Source: Octopus vulgaris (lineage: Eukaryota). From it: a DNA stretch of 64,000 bases. Each line of letters opens with the position of its first letter. Positions within the stretch are counted from its first letter, which is position 1. A program made the position numbers and the translations under genes. The DNA is taken from the NCBI GenBank assembly GCA_951406725.2, contig OX597820.1:105896001-105960000 (forward strand), read 5' to 3'. The notes below the pieces were generated by a model. The model did not search any database. It saw only the letters and a list, made by a program, of their open reading frames with translations, and was not told the DNA's origin. Below are positions 1-12,286 of the stretch, piece after piece.

Positions 1-139
1 TCATTTGTACTTAATTTATTGACCCCAAAAGGATGAAATGCAAAATTAACTCTGAGAAATTTGACTCAGAATGCAGAGACAGATGGAATATTGCTAAGCA
101 TTTGGCCTAGTGTGCTAACAATTCTTCCAGCTTGCAGCC

Positions 140-174
<35 letters not shown>

Positions 175-184
175 CATAATAATA

Positions 185-438
185 AAGGTAGCAGTAGTAC
201 CAATAATTGTTGGAGCCCTGGGAACAGTGAGCAAAAATCTTGAGAAATACATGGAACAAATAGGGGCTGCAATAAGGGTGGAGCACTTGCAGAAAACAGC
301 ACTGCTTGGACCTGCTCGAATATTGCAGAAGGTGCTCGAAAAATAAGAGGTGTTACCTTAGTTCACTGATAGTGAACAGCTGACACTGTAGTACATCTCC
401 AGCGTTAGAAGCTTTGCAAAGGCAATAATAATAATAAT
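185..438 (+). mobile_element. 5'-truncated R4/Dong-like (REL-endonuclease) non-LTR retrotransposon 3' end inserted in (AAT)n
   Basis: 185-346 translates KVAVVPIIVGALGTVSKNLEKYMEQIGAAIRVEHLQKTALLGPARILQKVLEK*, the typical C-terminus of R4/Dong ORFs. A short 3'UTR follows, and (AAT)n lies on both sides. Confidence 0.75.
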
Positions 439-771
439 TGTTATTATTATTAATTATTATTATATATACATATATATGCATGTGTGTAGTTACATATAGG
501 CATGTGTATGCACTTTTAGAAAACTCAAACAGAAGAACAATAAATATATTTAAAAAACTGCAACACACATAAACATATGAGTTTTTAATTTGATAATGAA
601 CTGTTTAAATACATTTGCTTAAATAAATTTAAACATGTTATTTGTGAATGGGATATGAGTGTATCTGTGTGCATATTTATGTGTATGCATTATATGAAGC
701 AAGTGGAAAGTTAATTGAATTAAAATTTGAGATATATTTTCTTGTTATGAGTAGAAGCTTGCTTAGAAGTA

Positions 772-978
772 CAGAGTGTGGCAAAAAACACATTCTATAG
801 GTTGACAAACGTTTTAATTGCAAAAGCATAGTGCTCACCAGTCCTAACCTTGGTGGTGATTGGATGAAAGAATGGTAAAAACATTAGCTATATGAAGACA
901 GCATTGTCACTTGTATAACTTCACTAGCACCACACTAATAGACATGTAAAATATGGGGAGTTTTTCTGCAGCACTTTG
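772..978. mobile_element. Putative Tc1/mariner-type MITE
   Basis: TA|CAGAGTGTGGCAAAAAAC ... GTTTTTCTGCAGCACTTTG imperfect terminal inverted repeats. Confidence 0.4.
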
Positions 979-1169
979 TTCAGTTCAAATCTCAGAGTTT
1001 ATGTGTTGTGGAAGAAGGAGGGGTTGGATGTACTTTGTTGAATGTGCATGCCTGTGAGCATTATGAATGCTAATTTAGGAGAAAGGAATTTAGAGAATAA
1101 CAGAAACTAAATTAGGAAAATATTTATATTTGGTTGTGATGTTAGGTATAGCATGAATCACTGTCATAA

Positions 1170-1730
1170 TGGCTATGTAGTTAAGAAGCCTGCTTCCTAA
1201 TCATGTGGTCTTGAGTTCAGTCCCACTGTGCGGCATCTTGGGCAACTGTCTTCTACTATAGCTCTGGGCTAACCAAAGCTTTGTAAGTGCATTTAGGAGA
1301 TGGAAATTGTGTGTGTGTGTGTGTGTACATGCACACACAGGTGTGGTTGTGTGATACAAAGCTTGCTTCCCAACCACATGAATCCAGGTTCAGTCAGCAA
1401 GTGTCTTCTATAACCTCAGGCTGACCAAAGTCTTGCAAATGGATTTGGTTGACAGAAACTGAAAGAAGCCTGTCGTATGTATGTACATGTGGGTATGTGT
1501 GTCTTTGTGTCTGTATTTGTCTCCTCATACCTTTTCACAACCAGTTTTGGTGTGTTTATGTCCCTGTAACTTAGCGGTTCAGGCAAAAGTGATCAATAGA
1601 ATAAGTACCGAGCTTTAAACAAAAAAAAAAAAGTCCTGGTGCTTAATTCATTTGACTAAAAAAGGAATTCTTCAAGGTGGTGTCCCAGCATGGCCGCAGT
1701 CCAATGACTGAAACAAGTAAAAGATAAAAG
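1170..1730 (+). mobile_element. tRNA-derived SINE family A (two adjacent degenerate copies)
   Basis: Similar to the 8925-9330 copy: box A/box B head and ...ATGACTGAAACAAGTAAAAGA tail. Confidence 0.75.
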
Positions 1731-2289
1731 ATATATATGCATGTATGTGTGTATGTATTTTTGTGTTTATTGTTGTCTTGACATCATATGATGGTTATAA
1801 ACAATCATCATCGTTATACAAGCAAGGCTGTTTGTCTTTAGTCTTCTGTGCAAAACAGGTCCAAAACAAGCAAAGGTTAATCACAGACATAGAAATTCTG
1901 CCTCAACAAATTCCATCTAACCCAAGCAAGCATAGAAAAGTGGAAGTTAAATTATGATGATGATGATGAAATTAAGTTCACATCTCAGAGTTTGAGAAGG
2001 ATAAAAGGTGAAAGCTAGCGGGGGTGAAGTGGTGATTAAGTGTGTGTGTGTATGTGTGTGTGTGGAATGCATGGGTTTTGTAGAAGTGGTTATTTTTTTA
2101 AGATAAAGGAAATTAGGGGATAACTAGAACTAATTTATCCCTTTAGTATTTAAACCGGCCATATCTAGCCCAAATATTCTGTTTGCTTTATGTTGAAACT
2201 GGCCAGATTCCATCTTTCACACCTACTCAGTAATGTCATGCTAAAAATAAACAATCACATTGTTGAAATTTATTTATTCAGAAAGTAGA

Positions 2290-3900
2290 CATTGACTATT
2301 TTAAAGGAGTGCCCTTCTAGCTTCAAAGTTGTCAATGATACAATGGAAACTGGTGTTCTCCACTTCTTCTCACTCAATGCTCAGCAACGCGAGGTCACGG
2401 AGCCTTCTTTGTGTCATAGAAGCTCACAGGAAGGATATGATCAGGTTCAGCTTGCTGAAGGATCTCTCGCAACCAGCAATGGATACAGCTACCGTGAGCA
2501 GAATTTGTATCATGACATGAAGGTTAGGGAACACACTTTTATCTCCATACTGGACGATAAATTTGAGAAGCTCCTCAGGATTTGATATTTGGAGGTGTTT
2601 ACGACCTGCAAGTAGCATTCGGCAGTTAAGGGTTTCTTCAAGAAGTTCAGTTGCATCAATATTGTTGCTGTAGATGTTTCCAAAGGTATTGCAATGTGTC
2701 CAGAGATCTGCAAATCTGCCATTATGCAGAAACTGGACATCGATAAGGAAGCCAAATTTGGCATCAAGATTGTGCAGCCAGGAAAACCTCATGTTCATTT
2801 CTTCAAGATGATGGTCGATGGCCCCATTCACTGTTTTTCGCATGTTAGTTTTTGCTGTCAGCTCAGCGTTGATGGAAACATTGTGAATGGCATGTTGAAA
2901 TCTTCGACATGGCTTGACATCAACTTGCCACCTTCTGCAAATGCTCAGTCCTTCATCGAGTGAATCAGCCACTAAAACTTCTCTGGAAGTGATGAAATAG
3001 TCGCAGAGACCTTTCAAATCAAGTGATGCATCATGGAAATTCATTGTCAGATCCTGAAGCCTCTTTTGAACATGATCGATCCATGTGAAGACACTGTTCC
3101 AGAAACCAAACAATGCAAATAATTTGTAATGGAGTATACAGTTAAACAGCAAGTTAGCATCATTCTGTTCTCAGTTGCCTTGTTTTCATTATTGATGATG
3201 TCTTGAAGAACTTGTAGAATTTCATTGAGGTAGTTTCTTATGTTTTTAACTGCATCCATCCGAGCACTCCATCTCGTTTCAGATTGTGACTTAAGAACCA
3301 CAGGTATTATGGCCTTCAGTTTTTCCCAGCAGTGTGTTGAACGAGAAAAGAATACGTAGAGTGTTTCAATTGCGCCAATAGATGCAGACATCACCAACTC
3401 GTGTTTAGCTATGTGTAGGCTGACTAAGTTTAACGAATGGTTGTCACAATTTACAAATCATATAAGAAATAATCTTTCAGACCCTTTTTGAAACTAAATC
3501 TACCACCATGCATAGGCATAAGAATATCGGAAATATTTACTCACGCAAGTATGATGAAATTTGAGCAAGCAGAAGGATATTAACTTGCGGTGGTGGTGGG
3601 GTGTGCTATGGACTAGCCGCATATTTTTTGATGCAAAACAACAAATATCATGGTGGGGTGGTTTTTCGGGGGGGGGGGGAGAGTCACAAAATGTGACTAA
3701 CAATGCATTGGCCCACATTCTTGAGACCACCCACACATCAACAAAATTTGCTGCAGCATACATATACGTGCTTGAGTGAACTCAAAAATTTGCCAAAATT
3801 AAGTTATTTTACTCATTCATGACTCCAAATTGCGCCCCCCCCCACTCAGAACTGCGCCCATGGCAAGTGCCCTGCCTGTCATGCCCTAGCTATGCCACTG
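2290..3900 (-). mobile_element. Degenerate hAT DNA transposon (frameshifted transposase)
   Basis: ORFs 3047-3397 (ETRWSARMDAV) and 2424-3152 (hATC dimerisation motif FPNLHVMIQILLTVAVSIAGCERSFSKLNLI). One terminus CAGTGGCATAGCTAGGG starts at 3900 on the minus strand; the other end was not found. Confidence 0.85.
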
Positions 3901-4404
3901 ATTGTGAGAGACGCAAACACATGCAAGTGGGTAAGAAAACACATGTACAAATATTTGCATGTAAGTATCTGTATAGGTGTAAATGTAAATAATCAAACAA
4001 AGATTCAAAAGGCAACAGAACTCAAAATACACATACATAAGTGTATGTATATACACTTCAAAGTAGTTGTGTAAGTATGCATTTATGTACAGAAAACTTA
4101 AGCAAGGTCATGCATAAACTAGGGTACAGAGGCACTCAGATGAAGTATAGAACAGGTGCAACTGCTGGTGTGCATGACCTTTAGTGTTTGTCTCTGCTTA
4201 AATAAACATTTATGCACAATGTAAACATACATTTCTATTTTCAAATGGAAGTTCAGTTTGCAGTTAGGTGCCAGTCTGGATTGAAAGGATTACTGAACAC
4301 TGAAAGGCATTGAACCCTGTAATTCCCACAATAAATTAACTTTATTGAATTTTCATGATCCTACAGGCAATAGCAATTAATATGACTCCCCCACTGTTTT
4401 ATAT

Positions 4405-4617
4405 TCTTTTCTTTTTATTCTTTTATTTGTTTCAGTCACTTGACTGTGGCCATGCTGGAGCACTGCCTTTAGTTGAGCAAATCGACCCCAGGACTTATTC
4501 TTTGTAAGCCTAGTACTTATTCTATCAGTCTCTCTTGCTGAACTGCTAAGTGACGGGGACGTAAACACCCCAGCATCAGTTGTCAAACGATGATGGGGGA
4601 CAAACACAAACACACAA

Positions 4618-4660
<43 letters not shown>

Positions 4661-4832
4661 CACACATGTATATATACAACGGGCTTCTTTTCAGTTTCCG
4701 TCTACCAAATCCACTCACAAGTCTTTGGTCGGCCCGAGGCTATAGTAGAAGACACTTGCTTAAGGTGCCACGCAGTGGGACTGAAAACGAAACCATGTGG
4801 TTGGTAAGCAAGCTACTTACCACACAGCCACT
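4405..4832 (-). mobile_element. tRNA-derived SINE family A
   Basis: Reverse complement of the 8925-9330 element with an internal (CA)n. Confidence 0.85.
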
Positions 4833-5219
4833 CGTATATATATATATGTGCACATACATACACTTTATTATTGCAACCACTTCACAGAGTGGATGTAAAA
4901 AGCTTTCAGTGCACTCTGTAAAGTGATTGGAGTTAAGAAGGCATCCAGCTGTAAAAACCATGCCAAAGTAGACAGTGGTGTTCCTGTCAAATTGCCCAAC
5001 CCATACCAGCTCAGATGTTAAATGAATATGATGATGATGATAATGATACACATGTCTGTGTGTATAACTGTTTGTTTCTATGTCAAATTAGATATAAAAC
5101 AATTTAACATTGAACTGAAGGATTAATCAATACATTTTAATAGAAGGCACACATTAACTTTTACAAGGAAAATGTTGAGCCAGTGACAAATCCAAAATTA
5201 ATATTTTTTTAATATCCTG

Positions 5220-5434
5220 GTTTAAGGTGGTGAGCTGGCAGAAACATTAGCATGTCAGGCGAAATGCTTAGCAGTATTTTGTGTCTATGTTCTGAGTTCA
5301 AATTCCGCTCAGGTTGACTTTACCATTCATCCTTTCAGGGTTGATAAAATTAAGCACCAGTTGTGTACTGGCATCAATCTAATCAACTGGCCCCCTCCCC
5401 CAAAATTTTGGGCCTTGTGCCTAGAGTAGAAAAG
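5220..5434 (+). mobile_element. SINE family B with target-site duplication
   Basis: AAGGTGGTGAGCTGGCAGAAAC...GAGTTCAAATTCC...TTCATCCTTTC core. Near-identical flanking repeats aatatt/gtttttaatatcctg at about 5200 and 5435. Confidence 0.8.
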
Positions 5435-5445
5435 AATATGTTTTT

Positions 5446-5690
5446 AATATCCTGAAATGCCCTTTGACAGTTATTTGACCAGTTCCATTTGGCATCTTTC
5501 TTCAGCGCATTATCAAGTGAAGCTCTCAATTCTTACATGTTTGGTATGTAATTTTGATAATAGTTTGCTAGGCCAAGAAAAGCTTGTAATGTCACTATGT
5601 TAGTTGAGGGAGGCATATTTTTAATTGTGTTTGCATCCTTTTCACCTGCCTGAATAAACCCGAGGAAGGATTCTCTCACCTGAACGCATA
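5446..5690 (-). mobile_element. Ty3/Gypsy LTR retrotransposon pol fragment (RT thumb/connection)
   Basis: Translates ...FLGFI...IKNMPPSTNIVTLQAFLGLANYYQNYIPNM*...LKKDAKWNWSNNCQRAFQDIK, a typical Gypsy RT C-terminal region. Confidence 0.75.
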
Positions 5691-5921
5691 TTTTTAACTG
5701 TGTGTGTGTGTTCTCCCCACTGCCATTGCTTGGCAACATAGTTGCTACTTATTTTGCTGTGATTTAGTGTTTCAACAAAAGAGAGTGAAAGAATAAGTAC
5801 CAGACTTTAAAATTTAGTACTGGGGTTGATTCGTTTGAGACTAAGCCTTTTAAGATAGTACCTCAGCATGGCTGCTGTCCAGTGATTGTAGCAAGTAAGA
5901 GATGTATATATATATGTATAA

Positions 5922-5959
<38 letters not shown>

Positions 5960-5960
<1 letters not shown>

Positions 5961-6224
5961 TAGCAGTATCGCCCGGCGTTGCTCATTTGTAAACTATAAA
6001 GCATTTTTAGAGAGTTATAGCCAAAAAATAGCAAAAATGGAAAAAAATGATGGTAAATTTTTTTTGAGAGTTAAAAATGGTGGAGTTGCGTCCCTAGACA
6101 GTTTATGGTTTGTGTTTCTGATTCTCGACCCCATGTCGAATTTATCGATGTTTTTCAGAACTGGGGAACTTTTCAAAATTTTCGCTGCGTTAGTTTTGAA
6201 TTATGACATTGGGCTATATATAGA
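5960..6224 (-). mobile_element. Non-autonomous Helitron
   Basis: The minus strand begins TC and ends GCAACGCCGGGCGATACTG-CTAG|T inside (TA)n. Its 3' end resembles that of the 16524-19000 Helitron. Confidence 0.65.
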
Positions 6225-6273
6225 ATCAGTATATATATATATAGAGAATATATATAATTTATTATATAGAAGG

Positions 6274-6324
6274 AGCTTCTACAGGACTAGAACTGTATCA
6301 TTCAAGAGAAATCATCAGGAAGCT
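6274..6324 (-). ncRNA. Type I hammerhead ribozyme motif (GAAA mutated to GATA)
   Basis: Minus strand AGCTTC CTGATGA TTTCTCTTGAAT GATA CAG TTCTAGTC CTG TA GAAGCT. Confidence 0.6.
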
Positions 6325-6590
6325 AGTTAACAAGAATTGTTTTGGCATTTATACATTTAGGCAGGTTTAAAGGGGTGGTGGTGGTGGACTTTTTGGGGGT
6401 AGGCATAGCGCAAAAATATCATACTTAGGGGAGTGGTCAAGGAGTCAGTGGTAAAGTAGATAAAAGAATAAATAAAAGAATAAAAAAATAAAAGAATAAA
6501 AAAATTATAAATAGAAGAATAGAGTTTTAGGTAAATAAGGAGGCTCTCACTTATACATATACACACACACACACATATACATACACACAT

Positions 6591-6662
<72 letters not shown>

Positions 6663-7317
6663 CACATACACACATACACACACATATATACATACACACA
6701 TGCACACACATGTCCATATATACACATATATATATATATATACATATGTGTACCTATACATACCTACACATACACACATATACATACACATCCAAACCCA
6801 TTCCCTTATTTTAATTTTATTATTATTTTTTTTTTTTTTTTATTATTAATTTATTATTATTATTTTCATTTATTACTTTTGTTATCTTTGACCGCGGTCA
6901 CAAGCATCTTGGCTATCGTCCCCCTGGGGACGACAGCACTCACTCACGCACGCACACTCATTCGCATGCACACGCACTCATTTGTACACTCATACACATA
7001 CACGCACGCACGCGTTATATTCATACATACATACATCTACATACATTCACATATATACACATACGTACGCGTACCTACTGATTCATGTCTACACGCTTAC
7101 ACATACATACCTCAATACACCCACAGAAGACTAGTCCATACATATACACCAATAAATATATATACACATATATATATACACCTACATACACATACATACA
7201 CATACACATATATATACGTATATATACATACATATACATACACCTATACATACATACATTTATACACATACACACACCCACACATATACATATACATATA
7301 TATACACACATACATAC

Positions 7318-7368
<51 letters not shown>

Positions 7369-7833
7369 ATATATATATATACATACACACACATACATAT
7401 ATACATGCGTACACATACACACACACACGCGCATCCATATATACACATAAGTACACACATGCGTAAAAGTATACATATATTTATACATATGCTTACACAT
7501 ACACACACACACACGCGCCTCCTTATGTTCATATATTTACATGCATACTCAAAAAATAAATAATAAAATATATCTACGTGCAGTTATTCATATACATACA
7601 TGCATACTCAAAAAATAAATAATAAATATTAAATATATATACGTGCAGTTACCTATTCTACAGACGGATACATACATATAAACTTACACATATATATACC
7701 TATTTACACATATGTATATATACATACATACATACATAACTCTACATACCTACATATACATAAACACACGAGCGTACACGTATATGTACATATACACATA
7801 TACATACATATACATATACATATATATACATAT

Positions 7834-7880
<47 letters not shown>

Positions 7881-7963
7881 TACATATACACACACATACA
7901 CATATATACATATACATACAAGCAAACATATACACACTTACACATACATATATACACACACTT

Positions 7964-7996
<33 letters not shown>

Positions 7997-8015
7997 CATA
8001 TACACACACATTCAC

Positions 8016-8046
<31 letters not shown>

Positions 8047-8126
8047 TACACATACACACATATATATATACATACATATACACACATACACACACACACA
8101 CAAATATATACATATACACACACATA

Positions 8127-8160
<34 letters not shown>

Positions 8161-8348
8161 CACATGTGTGTATACATACAATAAAATTAAAATAAGGGAA
8201 TGGGTTTGTATGTGTATGTATATGTGTGTATGTGTAGGTATGTATAGGTACACATATGTATATATATATATATATATATATGTGTATATATGGACATGTG
8301 TGTGCATGTGTGTATGTATATATGTGTGTGTATGTGTGTATGTGTATG

Positions 8349-8402
<54 letters not shown>

Positions 8403-8682
8403 ATGTGTGTATGTATATGTGTGTGTGTATATATATACATATGTGTATATGTATAAGCGAGAGCCTCCTTATTTACCTAAAACTCTATTCTTCTATTTAT
8501 AATTTTTTTATTCTTTTATTTTTTTATTCCTTTATTTATTCTTTTATCTACTTTACCACTGACTCCTTGACCACTCCCCTAAGTATGATATTTTTGCGCT
8601 ATACCTACCCCCAAAAAGTCCACCACCACCACCCCTTTAAACCTGCCTAAATGTATAAATGCCAAAACAATTCTTGTTAACT

Positions 8683-8733
8683 AGCTTCCTGATGATTTCT
8701 CTTGAATGAAATAGTTCTAGTCCTGTAGAAGCT
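8683..8733 (+). ncRNA. Type I hammerhead ribozyme motif, core intact
   Basis: Stem I AGCTTC/GAAGCT; CTGATGA; stem II TTC/GAA with a U-U closing mismatch; GAAA; stem III TAG/CTG; GUA cleavage triplet, predicted cut after 8727. Confidence 0.75.
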
Positions 8734-8816
8734 CCTTCTATATAATAAATTAATTTTACTCTGCTATGTATTGAGTACCTTATTTACTGTGGTTAACCCC
8801 GAATCAACCCGGGACC

Positions 8817-8853
<37 letters not shown>

Positions 8854-8856
8854 AAA

Positions 8857-8900
<44 letters not shown>

Positions 8901-8924
8901 AAAAGATGTATGTATATATATATA

Positions 8925-9330
8925 GGCGCAGGAGTGGCTGTGTGGTAAGTAGCTTGTTTACCAACCACATGGTTCCGGGTTCAGTCCCACTACGTGGCAC
9001 CTTGGGCAAGTGTTTCTACTATAGCCTCGGGCCGACCAAAGCCTTGTGAGTGGATTTGGTAGACGGAAACTGAAAGAAGCCCGTCGTATATATGTACATA
9101 TGTATATGCGTGCGTGTGTTTGTGTATCTGTGTTTGTCCCCCTAACATTGCTTGACAACCGATGCTGGTGTGTTTATGTCCCCGTTACTTAGCGGTTCGG
9201 CAAAAGAGACCGATAGAATAAGTACTCGGCTTACAAGAGAATAAGTTCCGGGGTCGATTTGCTCGATTAAAAGGCGGTGCTCCAGCATGGCCGCAGTCAA
9301 ATGACTGAAACAAGTAAAAGAGTAAAAGAG
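8925..9330 (+). mobile_element. tRNA-derived SINE family A, best-preserved copy
   Basis: Pol III box A TGGCTGTGTGG and box B GGTTCAGTCCC, conserved body, internal (TG)n, tail ACTGAAACAAGTAAAAGAGTAAAAGAG. Further copies near 13912-14283, 18395-18793(-), 20480-20625, 27110-27410(-), 28237-28638(-), 50280-50590, 54870-55265, 57880-58100(-), 59555-59720, 60690-60850 and 63240-63620. Confidence 0.9.
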
Positions 9331-9440
9331 TAATATACACGCGTGCGTGTGCACACACACATATATGTATATATATATATGTTATATACACATAGAATAA
9401 ATATATGTGTGCTTGTGTATTTATGTGTGCATGTGTGTGA

Positions 9441-9492
<52 letters not shown>

Positions 9493-10125
9493 ATATACAT
9501 ACACACATGTATACATATATATATATATGTATATATGAATGTTATGTGTGTGTGTATGTGTGTACGTGTATGTCTGCAAGTGTGTAGCTTGAAAAAATAT
9601 TCTTCTGTATCATGTTAGCATTACCAAAGTTGGCGTGCTTTGTATACCAGAATTATAAGACTGTATCTTGATTTAACCTTTACTCTACGTCTCTGCAAGT
9701 GTGGCACAGTTGTTTGTGTGGGTGGCTATCCGCCTGCATGACTTGTGTGTGTGTGTGTATGTGTGCATGCGCACCTGTACATGTGTTATGTAACATGAGA
9801 CTTCATTATATTAAACAGCTCAGGTACCAAACAAATTCTGGCAGTAACAAGTGAATTTCCATATTGCTGGCTTCAGTTTATCATGTCACAAATTTGTCTT
9901 AACATAATTTACCAAAATAAAAAAATGGCCCAAGAGCAAAAAAAAGTTCTCTCTTTCTTTTCCCTTTTTTCTCTTCTCTTTTGCCCTCATTTTCTTCATC
10001 TGTCTATTTTACTGCTGTTCTCTTTCTTTCCCACCACTCTCTTTCTTTACTTTTTTCTCTTCCACCACTAAATCTCTGTCTCTTCCACCTCTTACTTAGA
10101 TTAAGTTTAATAATTTTATTCAAGG

Positions 10126-10341
10126 GAGGTGGCGAGCTTGGCTGAAATGTTAGCACACCAGCCTAAATGCTTATCAGTATTTCGTCTGTCTTTCCGTTCT
10201 GAGTTCAAATTCCAATGAAGTCGACTTTACCTTTCATCCTTTTGGGGGTCAATAAATTAAGTACCAGTTGCGTACTGGGATCAATCTAATTGACTGGTCC
10301 CCTCCCCCAAAATTTCAGGCCTTGTGGCTAGAGTAGAAAAC
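10126..10341 (+). mobile_element. SINE family B with 17-bp target-site duplication
   Basis: AATAATTTTATTCAAGG occurs at both 10109-10125 and 10342-10358. Other family B copies near 1-140(-), 12130-12270, 19375-19570, 22680-23020, 28773-28990, 31193-31430, 34680-34900, 43040-43240, 46403-46880 and 60050-60245(-). Confidence 0.85.
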
Positions 10342-10359
10342 AATAATTTTATTCAAGGT

Positions 10360-11445
10360 CTTAAATTTTAAAAATGTTTTTTTATTATTAATAAATTGAA
10401 CTTTAAACTCAATCATGCTTTATAAATTACCTTTACTCAACAAAAAGAGCATTTATTGTACCTTTTTTTTTCACATACAGGTTCCCTACAAATTAAGAGT
10501 ACTTAAATCAGTTAAAAATTAAGATTGGCCTTAACTCAGGCATCTAAAATTTAAAAATTACTCTTATTCAACCAATTTAAGTTTTGAAATTATATTTGCT
10601 CAAGTATTTAAGCTTTAGAAATGTAGCATAAAGAACAAAAATTCTTTTATCATAACATCTGGGAATGATTCAAAAAGAACATCTCAATCACCAACTTTAA
10701 CTTGCTGTATAACTCAGAGACTCTCACAACCCAAACCTCTGACCAGAAGCTTGAATACACAGAGACTCCAACCACATGTTCATTCTAGCTGACCTTAACA
10801 GTCCAAAAATAGACCTTTCAAATCTCCTGCTTCCTTACCTGGTGTAGGTCCTTAGGCTTCTTCCTTCTCCTTGCTTGACATCCTTGGGGAATGATCTACT
10901 ATGCCACAAGGAATTTTCTATACCAACAGTTTGAGCTTTAGAACATATCTTATTATTGTTTATCTGAGCTTTATAAATGGCCTTCATTTGAGACCTCGTG
11001 TCATAGAAATTACTTTTATCCTTAAAATATCAGAGCATTAGATATATGACTTTTATTATCAACCATTTGAATTTTAGGTAAATTACCATTAATTCATCTA
11101 AAAGAGACTTTGAAACTAATAATCAACAATTCAAGGTTCAAACATTACCTTAACTCATTCATAATAGTCCTAAATTTACCTTTACTCAATCATATTTACC
11201 TTTGCTCAATTAAATGAGATTGGGAATTAGTTTTGCTCAACCACCTAGGGTTCAGAAATAATTGTTTTTGAAATTAAATTTACTAATGAATTCAATTTAT
11301 TGAACTACGTAAGTTTTAGAAATTAATTTTATTCAACCATATGAGGCCTGGAAATTTCTTTCACTCAATGACCTGTGCCTTATGAATGATCTTTATATAA
11401 AAGATCATTTCTATCTTAAAAGTTATAGTTTACTCAACCACCTGC
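10360..11445. repeat. Highly degenerate minisatellite, ~35-bp unit resembling TTTAGAAATTACCTTTACTCAACCATTTAAG
   Basis: The AATTAC(C/T)TT(T/A)ACTCAA-like motif recurs many times at roughly regular spacing. Confidence 0.55.
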
Positions 11446-11469
11446 CCTGACTTTCTATTTAAAGCTATA

Positions 11470-12110
11470 TATGGCTGTGGTACATTCATACAGTTTGCAT
11501 CTACAGTCTGAAGCCCCATCTTGTCCAGAATATTAATCTACTGAATGCTGTCCTGCGATATGCAATCAGATGAATGTCCTCTAGCAGTCACAAAATCTTC
11601 AACATATTGCTTCTCTGCATATTGATACACTAAAGCTCTGAAGTCTAGTAGCTGACTTGGTAGAAGCCCATAAATTTATCCACCATCTTTCCAACAACAA
11701 CTTTAGCCACCTTTTCAAATTCAATACCTCTATTACCTGTGGACATGTTTATAAAAATCAAACAATAGCACAACACCCATGATTTTTAAAAAACATTTTT
11801 CATGCTTAGAATTAATAAACAGTCATTAACTATTAGAATTGTGCATCCTTCAAAACTTCCATGCTTCCTAAAACTGGCCAACACTACTCCTGGTGTTCCT
11901 GTGCACCCTTTCTTCTTTATGGCTCTTTTACTGTTCACTTTTCTGTCTTTTTCTCTTTTATTCTGCGAACTATGCATGTACTTTTGGCTATCAGTGCTGT
12001 CTTTCTCTATTTGTGGTTATTACTGTTTTCTCTCTATTTTATTATTTTCTAATGTGTTGTAGAGCACCTGAGCACCCTATAGAGCAAGAACATTATTATT
12101 ATTATTATTA
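11470..12110 (+). mobile_element. CR1/Jockey-group LINE 3' fragment
   Basis: Degenerate VWSPILS..INLLNAV / DLVEAHKFIH / GHVYK..FF.LRI motifs, followed by a 3'UTR and an (ATT)n tail. A related inverted copy lies at about 56690-57200. Confidence 0.55.
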
Positions 12111-12286
12111 TTAAATACCAATTGTAATGCAATGAGCTGACAGAATCATTAGTGCATTGGAAAATATGTTTAGCAGTATTTGTTCCAGCTCTTTAAATTC
12201 TCACTTCAAATCCAGTAACACCACCCTCCTCCTAAAATTGCCTAGCCTTGTGCCAAAATTTGAAACTTATTATTATTATTATTATT

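Larger units (their letters stand above)
6255..8818. mobile_element. Head-to-head inverted Penelope-like (pseudo-LTR) non-autonomous element; ~570-bp inverted arms 6255-6821 / 8180-8752
   Basis: The arms are near-identical reverse complements (ORFs 6357-6791 - and the end of 7712-8650 + give nearly the same peptide). Each arm ends in a hammerhead motif. The right arm has an extra ~65-bp tail. Flanked by (TA)n. Confidence 0.7.

Noticed and set aside
2424-3397. Domesticated ZMYM/ZBED-like host gene
   Set aside because: Frameshifted, truncated and adjacent to a transposon terminus; a dead hAT copy.
6357-8650. Long ORFs up to 312 aa (also 39203-40240, 47479-47998, 62094-62545)
   Set aside because: Y/I/H/T/C/V-rich translations of stop-free (TA)/(CA)/(TG) microsatellites; no coding signal.
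8925-9000. tRNA gene
   Set aside because: Only boxes A/B are present with no full cloverleaf; it continues into a multi-copy SINE body.
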